The translations under genes and the position numbers were made by a program. From Candidatus Curtissbacteria bacterium RIFOXYA1_FULL_41_14 (GTDB lineage Bacteria > Patescibacteriota > Microgenomatia > Curtissbacterales > GWA2-41-24), in contig MFCA01000028.1 in NCBI GenBank assembly GCA_001775095.1, positions 17,746 through 67,416 of the forward strand: 49,671 bases of DNA, in the 5' to 3' direction. Position 1 is the stretch's first letter. Every line of letters begins with the position of its first letter. The notes under the pieces were generated by a model that was given only the letters and a program-made list of their open reading frames with translations, ran no database searches and was not told the DNA's origin. This document shows positions 18,504-26,800 of this stretch, one piece after another.

Positions 18504-19664
18504 ATGAGGAAAAGAATATATCTTGATTATGCGGCGACGACGCCAGTTGATCCGGCGGTTTTAGTGGCGATGCGGCCATATTTTAACCGTGACTTTGGCA
18601 ATCCTTCGTCTTTACACTCCTTCGGTCAAAAAGCCAAAAGTGCATTAGAGGGGAGTCGAAATGTTATTGCCGGGCTGATTGGTGCCAAAAGCGAGGAAAT
18701 TATTTTTACTTCTTCGGCAACAGAAAGCAACAATTTGGCCTTGAAGGGGGTGGCATTTGCCAATCGCGATAAGGGTAATCACATCATCATTTCTGCAATT
18801 GAGCATGATTGCGTTTTAAATACCGCTCTTTGGCTTAGCAAACAAGGATTTGAAATAACCCAAATTCCGGTTGGTAAAGACGGTCTGGTTGATCCTGAGA
18901 GGATTGAAAAATCAATCAAAAAGGATACGATTCTGGTTTCTGTCATCTGGGGGAATAATGAAATCGGTACTTTGCAGCCGATTGTTGAAATCGGCAGAAT
19001 TTGCCGGAAGAAAAACGTTCTATTTCATACAGACGCGGCTCAGGCTTTCGGTAAAATTCCAATTGATGTTGTCCGCGACAATGTGGATCTTCTGACTGCT
19101 TCTTCGCACAAAATCTACGGTCCAAAAGGCGCGGCATTTTTGTTCGTCAAAAGAGGAATTTTATTGACCCCGATTTTGCACGGAGGCGGTCAGGAGCGAA
19201 ATTTACGTTCCTCAACCGAAAATATTGGCTCAATTGTCGGCTTTGCCATAGCAGCTGAGATTGCGGATGAAAGGATGAATAGCGAGAACAAAAAACTTTT
19301 AATGATGCGTGATAAAATTATCAATAAGATTTTGCGGAAAGTTCCCGATTCCTACCTTAACGGACATCCGACTAAAAGAATTTCCAATATTGCCAATTTG
19401 AGATTTGCATTTGTCGAAGGAGAATCGATGATCATGGAACTTTCTGCTGCGGGAATCGCGGTTTCAACCGGATCTGCCTGTTCATCTCCAAAATTGGAAC
19501 CATCGCACGTTCTTTTGGCTTTAGGCCTGCGGCCGGAGGAAATCCATGGATCAGTCAGAATTAGTCTGGGAAGATGGACGACCGACAAGGAGATTGATTA
19601 TCTTATCGAGGTTTTGCCAAGAGTAGTTGAAAAGCTGCGAAAAATTTCGCCTTTTGCGAGGTAG
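18504..19664 (+). CDS. iscS: cysteine desulfurase
   Basis: YLDYAATT, GNPSS.H, HTDAAQ, SSHKIYGPKG, STGSACSS. Confidence 0.95.
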   Translation: MRKRIYLDYAATTPVDPAVLVAMRPYFNRDFGNPSSLHSFGQKAKSALEGSRNVIAGLIGAKSEEIIFTSSATESNNLALKGVAFANRDKGNHIIISAIEHDCVLNTALWLSKQGFEITQIPVGKDGLVDPERIEKSIKKDTILVSVIWGNNEIGTLQPIVEIGRICRKKNVLFHTDAAQAFGKIPIDVVRDNVDLLTASSHKIYGPKGAAFLFVKRGILLTPILHGGGQERNLRSSTENIGSIVGFAIAAEIADERMNSENKKLLMMRDKIINKILRKVPDSYLNGHPTKRISNIANLRFAFVEGESMIMELSAAGIAVSTGSACSSPKLEPSHVLLALGLRPEEIHGSVRISLGRWTTDKEIDYLIEVLPRVVEKLRKISPFAR

Positions 19665-19668
19665 ACCT

Positions 19669-20181
19669 ATGTATTCAGAAGACGTCATTAAACATTTTAG
19701 AAATCCCCATAATATGGGGAAAATCAAAAAACCCGATGGTATCGGTAAGGTCGGGAATATTATCTGTGGAGACGTCATGTGGCTTTATATCAAGGTGGGG
19801 AAATCCGCCAGCCGGCGGAAAAAGGACGAGGAAGTAATCATCGATGTTAAATTTGAAACTTTTGGCTGTACGGCGGCGATTGCAACCAGCAGCATGATTA
19901 CGGACTTAGCCAAGGGAAAAACCTTTGAGGAGGCTTTAAAAATAAATAAACAGGAAATAACCGAGTCATTAGGGGGTTTACCACCAATTAAAGTTCACTG
20001 TTCGGTTCTGGCAAGCGATGCGCTGGTTGAGGCAATTTATGATTATCTTGCAAAAAACAAAAGACCCATTTCAAAAGAACTTGAAGAGCGTCATGTGCAT
20101 ATTAAAAGAGAAAAAGAAATTATCGAGGAAAGATATAAAGAGTGGGTAGGGAAGCAAGAAGAAGTCGTAGGAGAAAAGTAA
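19669..20181 (+). CDS. iscU: Fe-S scaffold IscU/NifU-like
   Basis: HFRNPHN.G, CGD, GCTAAIA, LPPIKVHC; start ATG 19669. Confidence 0.93.
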   Translation: MYSEDVIKHFRNPHNMGKIKKPDGIGKVGNIICGDVMWLYIKVGKSASRRKKDEEVIIDVKFETFGCTAAIATSSMITDLAKGKTFEEALKINKQEITESLGGLPPIKVHCSVLASDALVEAIYDYLAKNKRPISKELEERHVHIKREKEIIEERYKEWVGKQEEVVGEK

Positions 20182-20191
20182 CCCTTACCAG

Positions 20192-20348
20192 TGTCATTCT
20201 CGCGAAAGTCTTTCGACCCTGAGCTCAAGACCGAAGGGCGGGAATCTATACAATTAAAACTGGATCCCGTATCAAGTCTTCGACCGTGAGACCCTCAACT
20301 CTAAGACTTGGACTTGAAGAGCTCAGACCGAATCGGTGCGGGATGACA
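20192..20348 (+). repeat. nested palindromic element C
   Basis: TGTCAT...ATGACA; inverted homolog at 47435-47564. Confidence 0.9.
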
Positions 20349-20414
20349 TTGAAAGATGGATAGCATAATTTTGAGAATTGAAAGTTGAGAGTTGAGAATC
20401 TAAAATTAGTATAG

Positions 20415-20639
20415 ATGGCAAAGAAATATCGAATTAAAGTTGATAGGGATCTTTGTATTGGAGCGGCCTCTTGTGTGGCTCTGGCTGCCAAGACTTTTCA
20501 GTTGGACAGCGAAAATAAGGCAATAGTACTATCGGAAGATGCGGATACTGTAGAGGCGATTAGACTGGCAGCCGAATCATGCCCAACTAAAGCGATAATT
20601 CTTGAGGATGCCGAAACCGGCAAACAAGAATACCCCTAG
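20415..20639 (+). CDS. ferredoxin, probably [3Fe-4S]
   Basis: CIGAASC...CPTKAI. Confidence 0.92.
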   Translation: MAKKYRIKVDRDLCIGAASCVALAAKTFQLDSENKAIVLSEDADTVEAIRLAAESCPTKAIILEDAETGKQEYP

Positions 20640-20640
20640 T

Positions 20641-20761
20641 AGCGGGTCCTGTCAGTCGTTTCCTTCCCGCCAGTGCTCACTGATATAATGTTTGATGTAT
20701 TAAATTGATCCGTATGGTCAGTTGCGCGCTGTCGGGAACCCTTCCACGACTGCCATCCGCT
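20641..20761. repeat. long imperfect inverted repeat
   Basis: GCGGGT..CAGTCGT..TTCCCGCCAG..ACTGA pairs with TCAGT..CTGTCGGGAA..ACGACTG..ATCCGC; left end recurs at 25323. Confidence 0.7.
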
Positions 20762-20841
20762 CGCATCGATCACTAACGTAATTATTTGAGAACACCTCCC
20801 TAATGTTAGAATGGAAATATTATTAGAGGAATTTTTAAGTG

Positions 20842-22146
20842 ATGAAAAGCGTTGATTTCTTGATAGTTGGTGGAGGTGTGACTGGGACAACGGCTGCCCA
20901 GACGATAAGAGGTTTGAGGCCTGATTCTTCCGTTGTTATTCTTTCCGACGAGCCTTACGAACTTTATTCACGGATTCTTTTGACCAGTTATATTCGCGGT
21001 GAGGCAACTCAGGAGCAAGTTTTTTTGAAAAGAAATGAGTGGTATCAGGAGAATAGGATAGATTTAGTTAAAGGGGTTTCAGCCCAAAAGCTTGATGCAA
21101 ATGCCCACACAGTAGAGTGTGCAAATGGCGATGTTTATCAATATAAAAAATTACTTTTGGCACTGGGTGCCCGGCCGATAAAATTAAATGTTCCCGGAAG
21201 CGAACTTGGAAATATTTCATATATGTGGACAATTGAGGATGCTGAAGAAGTAATCAATGCACTTAAAGGAACAAATGAGAGCCGCCGGCCCGGAGGGCCT
21301 CTGACCCGGAGGGGTGTGGTTATCGGCGGAGGATTTATTGGACTTGAATTTGCCCACGCCTTTAAAGTTAAGGGAATCGAGACGACAATCCTAGACGGCA
21401 GCGAGTATTACTGGGGTAACAGGCTGGATAAACAGTCGAGCCAAGTTATTCAAAATATCCTGGAAAAAAACGGGATAAGCGTAATTGCCGGTGAGATGGT
21501 TGAAAAATTTGTTGGCAGTCGAGAGAATCCGCAGAATGTCGGAAAGGTCATTACCAAATCAGGGAAGGAATTTGGATGTGATTTGGTCGGAGTTGGGGTT
21601 GGCATTAAAAGCGATCTTGGGTGGCTTGAAGGAAGCGGGATAAAAATTGATCAGGGAATTGTTACAAATGAATATTTAGAAACGAATCTTGGCGATGTTT
21701 ACGCAGCCGGTGATTGTGCCAATTATTATGATGTTATTGTCGAAGGTCAGCACTTGGTCGGAACTTGGGCCAATGCCGCAACCCAGGCAGTAGCGGTCGG
21801 AAAGACCATGACCGGGGTTAAAACTGTATTTGAAGCGGTTTGCGCATATACTGCAAGATTTTTTGAATCAACCTGTTCATTTGTCGGAATGACGGAAGCG
21901 GATTTTGCGGATGAGGTTGTAACACGCGGAACTGTCGCTGAAGGAAAAATTTCCAGAATTTTCCTGAAGAATTACCCTTCGACAAGCTCAGGGTCTATGA
22001 CGCGGATTGTTGGCGCAATTATTGCCAATAATTTTGGCGAAGTTGCGCCAATCACTGATGCAATTAAAAATAAGGTTGATGTATCACAAAATAGAGATAA
22101 ACTTGCGGATGCTAATTTTGATTTGCACTCACTCCCCATAAGCTAG
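20842..22146 (+). CDS. FAD-dependent NAD(P)H oxidoreductase (ferredoxin/rubredoxin reductase-like)
   Basis: GGGVTG, GGGFIGLE, VYAAGD. Confidence 0.9.
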   Translation: MKSVDFLIVGGGVTGTTAAQTIRGLRPDSSVVILSDEPYELYSRILLTSYIRGEATQEQVFLKRNEWYQENRIDLVKGVSAQKLDANAHTVECANGDVYQYKKLLLALGARPIKLNVPGSELGNISYMWTIEDAEEVINALKGTNESRRPGGPLTRRGVVIGGGFIGLEFAHAFKVKGIETTILDGSEYYWGNRLDKQSSQVIQNILEKNGISVIAGEMVEKFVGSRENPQNVGKVITKSGKEFGCDLVGVGVGIKSDLGWLEGSGIKIDQGIVTNEYLETNLGDVYAAGDCANYYDVIVEGQHLVGTWANAATQAVAVGKTMTGVKTVFEAVCAYTARFFESTCSFVGMTEADFADEVVTRGTVAEGKISRIFLKNYPSTSSGSMTRIVGAIIANNFGEVAPITDAIKNKVDVSQNRDKLADANFDLHSLPIS

Positions 22147-22182
22147 TAATCTTAATATAGGTATTTAAGGAATATTTGAAAA

Positions 22183-22647
22183 ATGATTTACATCGCTTCT
22201 GATCATGCTGGATTTTATCTTAAGAAACAGCTGATCCAATATCTCAAAATTAAAGGTTTGGAACTTGAGGATCTGGGGCCATATGAGATGGATCCGGATG
22301 ATGATTACCCCGATTTTATAATTCCTTGTGCCCTTCGCGTGGCGGAAAGCCACGCTCAGGGTAAACCCGACGATGTTGGAATAGTTATTGGCGGTTCCGG
22401 GCAGGGGGAGGCAATTGCCGCCAATAAAGTTAAAGGTATTTGGGCAGCAGTTATAAATAGTGCAAATCCGCAAATTGCGAAACTAGCCCGTGAGCACAAT
22501 AATGCCAATGTTCTTTCCCTTGGCGCAAGGTTTCTGTCGGCCGATGATGCTAAAAAAGCTGTTAGTTCTTGGCTTGATGCCGAATTCGAAGGGGGTCGGC
22601 ACCAAAAAAGGATTAACAAAATCATTAAATTTGAAAAGAGACTATGA
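22183..22647 (+). CDS. rpiB: ribose-5-phosphate isomerase B
   Basis: ASDHAG, GGSGQGE, ANK..G, AREHNNAN, GRH..R. Confidence 0.94.
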   Translation: MIYIASDHAGFYLKKQLIQYLKIKGLELEDLGPYEMDPDDDYPDFIIPCALRVAESHAQGKPDDVGIVIGGSGQGEAIAANKVKGIWAAVINSANPQIAKLAREHNNANVLSLGARFLSADDAKKAVSSWLDAEFEGGRHQKRINKIIKFEKRL

Positions 22648-23042
22648 AGGTAATTAAATTCATTAAAATATATGGCAGGTTTGAAAAAAACTTAGCTAAG
22701 ATCAATCTCTTCTTTATTTTTATCTTCCTTAACCTTTGGGACTATTTAATCAGCCGGGAGTTTTTTAATGGGATGATCCTTGGACTTGTGATGTTTGGGC
22801 CGGCAGTGTTTTTATGGTTTGTGGGTACAGTACGGGCAGCGGCTCTGGTGACCTTGGTCTCGATATTTGAATTTGGGGTGATGACTGTTTTTGTGCTTGA
22901 AGGATTCGAGCTGGGTGGTGCTGCTACTCCTTTGAAGTCAATTTTCTGGCTTCCTTATCTTCTAATGGCAGCGGTCAACGGCTTTTGGGGTTTAAAAATT
23001 TATTCGGATTATAGAGAGAAGAAGGTGAAGGTGCGGAGTTAA
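22644..23042 (+). CDS. hypothetical membrane protein
   Basis: ~4 TM; coupled to rpiB. Confidence 0.75.
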   Translation: MKVIKFIKIYGRFEKNLAKINLFFIFIFLNLWDYLISREFFNGMILGLVMFGPAVFLWFVGTVRAAALVTLVSIFEFGVMTVFVLEGFELGGAATPLKSIFWLPYLLMAAVNGFWGLKIYSDYREKKVKVRS

Positions 23043-23043
23043 A

Positions 23044-23097
23044 ATGACGGCCCGTGACTGGTTTGAGAAAGCTCAAAATGAGAAATTCGCAATTGGT
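23044..23097 (+). pseudogene. orphan 5' fragment of an fba allele
   Basis: MTARDWFEKAQNEKFAIG versus fba start MTARDWFLKAQTGGWAIG. Confidence 0.85.
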
Positions 23098-23207
23098 ACC
23101 CTTCGGCCCTTCGATGAAACTCAGGGTCTTCGACTTCGCTCAGGACGAAATTTTCAGATCCTGAAACCCTTCGACTGCACTCAGGACGAGCGAGTTCAGG
23201 ATGACAG
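23098..23207 (+). repeat. cluster of B hairpins plus half C element
   Basis: CCTTCGATGAAACTCAGG, TCTTCGACTTCGCTCAGG, CCTTCGACTGCACTCAGG, ending CAGGATGACA. Confidence 0.85.
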
Positions 23208-23222
23208 GAGGGGGAAAGTGTT

Positions 23223-24113
23223 GTGACAGCTAGAGATTGGTTTTTAAAGGCGCAGACGGGGGGTTGGGCAATTGGTGCATTCAATGCCGATAATTTGGAG
23301 ATTTTGAAGGCGATTTGTCTGGCGGCTAAAAATAAAAAATCGCCGGTGATGGTTGAGTTTTCTCCCGGGGAAGTTGACTATTTCGGCTTGAGGAACATTG
23401 TCGATTTAGTTAAAAACGCGCGCGAAGAGTATAGAATCCCGATACTTCTTAATTTGGACCATGGTAGAAAAGTTGAGGATTGCCTGGCGGCCGTCAATAT
23501 GGGTTCTTCGACAAGCTCAGGATCTTCGAGTTTCGACTTAATTCATTTCGACGGATCGGATTCGGAACTTGAGGAAAATATCCACAATACCAAGAAGGTT
23601 GTAGAAGCAGCTCATACCAAAGGTCTTCTGGTTGAGGGTGAGATTGACAAAATTCCCGGAGCAAGCGAAATCCATGATCAAGATCTTGATTCAGAGCTGG
23701 TTAAAAAGTCTTACACGGATCCCCAAAAAGCGGCTAAGTTTGTTTCCGAAACTGGTATAGATATTTTTGCGGCCTTTTTTGGCAATGTTCATGGGACATT
23801 TCCCAACCAGCCGGATTTGGATTTTGACCTTCTGGCTAGAATTCGGAAGTCTTTACCTGATACCTTTCTTTCGCTGCATGGTGGGTCTGGAATTCCAGCC
23901 GATCAAGTTAAACAGGCGATTGAAGTTGGAAAGATCGTTAAAGTCAATGTTAATACAGAGTTAAGACAAGCATTTCGCGACGCGTTAACCGAAAAGCTAG
24001 GGGAGAAACCCAATGAATATGCCATGTATAAAGTAATGCCTGACGTGATTTTGTCTGTGGCGGCGGTAGTGGAGTCGAAAATCGATATTTTCGGATCTGC
24101 AGGTCGAGTTTAA
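23223..24113 (+). CDS. fba: class II fructose-bisphosphate aldolase
   Basis: AIGAFN, LDHG, VEGEI, GNVHG, LHGGSG, KVNVNTE. Confidence 0.92.
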   Translation: MTARDWFLKAQTGGWAIGAFNADNLEILKAICLAAKNKKSPVMVEFSPGEVDYFGLRNIVDLVKNAREEYRIPILLNLDHGRKVEDCLAAVNMGSSTSSGSSSFDLIHFDGSDSELEENIHNTKKVVEAAHTKGLLVEGEIDKIPGASEIHDQDLDSELVKKSYTDPQKAAKFVSETGIDIFAAFFGNVHGTFPNQPDLDFDLLARIRKSLPDTFLSLHGGSGIPADQVKQAIEVGKIVKVNVNTELRQAFRDALTEKLGEKPNEYAMYKVMPDVILSVAAVVESKIDIFGSAGRV

Positions 24114-24209
24114 TTTTCCTACCCTCTTGCACAACTATTTTTTTTCTGTTAATGTTATCAGTTTTCGTTGAAAAGGCTTCTGGCCCGGAGGGAGGTGATT
24201 ATATAAGAA

Positions 24210-24626
24210 ATGATTAATTTTAGAAAAGTGGTTTTACTTGGAACAGTAGCGTCAAGCGCGTTGGTTCTTTCAGCCTGCGGTTTGTATGGAGGTTCGACGA
24301 ATACGGGTACAGGACAGACCAATGGGACTACCCCGGAAACAGTTGAATCGCCAGTTGCCGGAAATGTTATCACTTATTCGGAAAGCGGTTTTTCTCCCAA
24401 GCAATTAACGGTGAAAGTAGGTGAAAGTGTTGAATTTGTGAATAATTCGTCTTCTAATGTTCAGGTTAATTCGGCACCTCATCCGACACACGAGCTTTAT
24501 CCTGAACTTAATATTGGGGTAATTGCCCCTGGGGAAACAAAATCAGTTACTTTTACAACGGCGGGGACCAAAACATACCATAACCATCTTAATCCTTCCC
24601 AGAATGGGCAGGTCACAGTTGAGTAA
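24210..24626 (+). CDS. cupredoxin-like lipoprotein
   Basis: Lipobox LSAC; FSP..LTVKVG, PHPTH, YHNH. Confidence 0.85.
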   Translation: MINFRKVVLLGTVASSALVLSACGLYGGSTNTGTGQTNGTTPETVESPVAGNVITYSESGFSPKQLTVKVGESVEFVNNSSSNVQVNSAPHPTHELYPELNIGVIAPGETKSVTFTTAGTKTYHNHLNPSQNGQVTVE

Positions 24627-24632
24627 GTTGAA

Positions 24633-25289
24633 CTAGACTAGTGGTTTTTGGCCGCTTGCTTTAAAATCAGCCAAAAATTTGGCAAGGCCAGTATCAGTTA
24701 AAGGATGATGGACCAGTTTTTCTAATATCTCATACGGACAGGTAGCAATATCGCATCCAGCCAAGGCTGCTTGTTTTACATGGAGTGGACTTCTAATAGA
24801 CGCAAAAAGAATTTGGGTTTCGAAGGCAAAATTGTCATAGATTTGGCGAATTTCTTCAATTACATCAATAGCTGTATGACCGATATCGTCAAGCCTGCCG
24901 GCAAAGGGGCTGACAATATAGGCTTTAAGTTTGCCGACTAATAGCGCTTGATTGGCACTGAAAACCAAAGTCATATTGGTTCTGATCTTTTCAGGTGTAA
25001 GAATTTTGAGTGCTTTGAGTCCATCTGGGGTCGTCGGAAGTTTAACGACAACATTTTTGTTAAGCTTAGCAAGTGCCCGGGCTTCTCTAAGCATTCCCTG
25101 GGTGTCTGTTGACAGAACTTCCAGACTAATATCGCCGTTGACGGTTACAAGAATTTGATTGACGGCTTGTTTGTAATCAATACCGGCTTTGGTTGCTAAA
25201 GATGGATTGGTAGTAACACCATCGATGATGCCTGCTTCCCACATCTTCTTAACTTCTTGGGGATTAGCGCTGTCGATAAAAAGTTTCAT
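24633..25289 (-). CDS. tal: transaldolase / fructose-6-phosphate aldolase (TalC type)
   Basis: FIDSA, GVTTNPS, VVKLP, SPFAGRLDD, ASIR. Confidence 0.93.
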   Translation of the reverse strand: MKLFIDSANPQEVKKMWEAGIIDGVTTNPSLATKAGIDYKQAVNQILVTVNGDISLEVLSTDTQGMLREARALAKLNKNVVVKLPTTPDGLKALKILTPEKIRTNMTLVFSANQALLVGKLKAYIVSPFAGRLDDIGHTAIDVIEEIRQIYDNFAFETQILFASIRSPLHVKQAALAGCDIATCPYEILEKLVHHPLTDTGLAKFLADFKASGQKPLV

Positions 25290-25350
25290 AGTATTATCAT
25301 TTTAACAGTAATTGACAAGGAACGGGTCCTGTCAGTCCTAAGTCCTGGTT

Positions 25351-25396
25351 CACTCCCGGAGTGTGCCAGGGTTTAACTTTGCGCACTCCGGGAGTG
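25351..25396 (+). repeat. palindromic element A, intergenic copy
   Basis: CACTCCCGGAGTG-N20-CACTCCGGGAGTG. Confidence 0.9.
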
Positions 25397-25482
25397 TGCA
25401 ATATCGAAAATTGGAAATTTGAAATTGAAAATTCCTAAGTTGTTGTTTGACAACAACTTAGGTTAGGTGGTCTAATCGTTTT

Positions 25483-26181
25483 GTGAGCTTTAAATTTTTC
25501 AAAGATTGGATCAGTAGTTGGCGGGCGTATTTGGCTGAGTTTATAGGCACTTTTGTTTTTGTTTTTATCTCTGCCGGTTCGGTTCTAGTTAATATTTTTT
25601 ATGGTGATGTAGGTATCATAGGTATCGCATTTGCGACCGGAATGATAATTTCAGCACTGATGTTTTCGGTGTCGAAATTATCAGGTGCTCATTTTAACCC
25701 GGCTGTTACCCTGGCGCTTTGGCTTGCACAGAAAATAAAAGGGAGTTTAGCATTTTTTTATATTTTGGCCCAAATTTCGGGGGGTTTTGCCGCAGCAGGA
25801 GTTCTCCTTTGGATCTTTGGACCGGACGCCCGGGAATTTTCATTAGGAGGTCCTGTTCTTGGAGTAGGGGTAAGTACGCAGGCTGCGGTGATTATTGAGG
25901 CATTATTAACGGCAATTTTAGTTTTTGTCTATTTTGCAATGACTGTTTCCCGAAACAGCTCGGTAAGTTTTAGCCCAATAGCTGTAGGTGCAATCTATAC
26001 AATCTCGATCTTTTTTGCCGGATCATTAACCGGAGGAGCAATTAATCCTGCAAAGGCGCTGGGGACACTGGTTATTTCAGAATCATATAGCAATCTTGTG
26101 ATTTGGGTCATTGGTCCGGCGACAGGAAGTATTTTCGGCATAATTTATGATTTTCTCTTTTTGAGAAAAGGAAAGAAGTAA
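25483..26181 (+). CDS. MIP family channel (aquaporin)
   Basis: AEFIGT, SGAHFNPAVT, GGAINPAK. Confidence 0.93.
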   Translation: MSFKFFKDWISSWRAYLAEFIGTFVFVFISAGSVLVNIFYGDVGIIGIAFATGMIISALMFSVSKLSGAHFNPAVTLALWLAQKIKGSLAFFYILAQISGGFAAAGVLLWIFGPDAREFSLGGPVLGVGVSTQAAVIIEALLTAILVFVYFAMTVSRNSSVSFSPIAVGAIYTISIFFAGSLTGGAINPAKALGTLVISESYSNLVIWVIGPATGSIFGIIYDFLFLRKGKK

Positions 26182-26284
26182 TTGTTATATTGCTAAATTG
26201 CTACATTGCTAAGTTGGTAGATTCTTCAACAATTTAACCATTTAACAATTCAACAATCCGATTGTTTCTGCTAAAATTACTTCA

Positions 26285-26797
26285 ATGCCTAATCAAACTA
26301 ATCCAGCGACCGGTCAAGATTCTCCTCAAGATAACGATCAAACCCAACAAGCGGGAGGAAGTTCTGTTGGCACTGCTCTCAAGGAGCAAGAACAGGACCA
26401 GCCGTCGGCTGTTAAAAAGGAAAAAGAGATTCTTTCCGAGATTATCAGAAGTAGTGAAGCAGCTGACGAACAGCTAAAAGCGGAAGTTCAAGGCGCAATT
26501 AGGGAAGCGAAATTAGCAATGCCGGAGCCAGAGTTGGCTCCCGATGTTGCCGACAGTGGTGTTAAAGCACCGCAATCTCAAGCAAACGAAGTTGTCACCC
26601 AAGGAACAACAATTAACTTACCAATTTCCGAAAAAGAATATAAAAAGGGACTGCATCAAAAGATTGCAGGAGTTGTTGTTAATAAGGTAGTTGTTGGAAC
26701 ATCAAGCCTTTTTGCTCTTGCTACTTGGGTTGGCAGACTTATTAAGATTGCACATAAGCATACGATCAAGGTCATATTTAAGAAGGGAGGGACCTAA
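26285..26797 (+). CDS. hypothetical protein
   Basis: 170 aa, disordered N-terminus, directly upstream of the ATPase. Confidence 0.75.
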   Translation: MPNQTNPATGQDSPQDNDQTQQAGGSSVGTALKEQEQDQPSAVKKEKEILSEIIRSSEAADEQLKAEVQGAIREAKLAMPEPELAPDVADSGVKAPQSQANEVVTQGTTINLPISEKEYKKGLHQKIAGVVVNKVVVGTSSLFALATWVGRLIKIAHKHTIKVIFKKGGT

Positions 26798-26800
26798 ATT

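Noticed and set aside
20246-20890. Minus-strand ORFs 20246-20491 and 20636-20890
   Set aside because: Read through palindromic repeats or antisense to ferredoxin; likewise 23039-23284, 47222-47582 and 48603-48869
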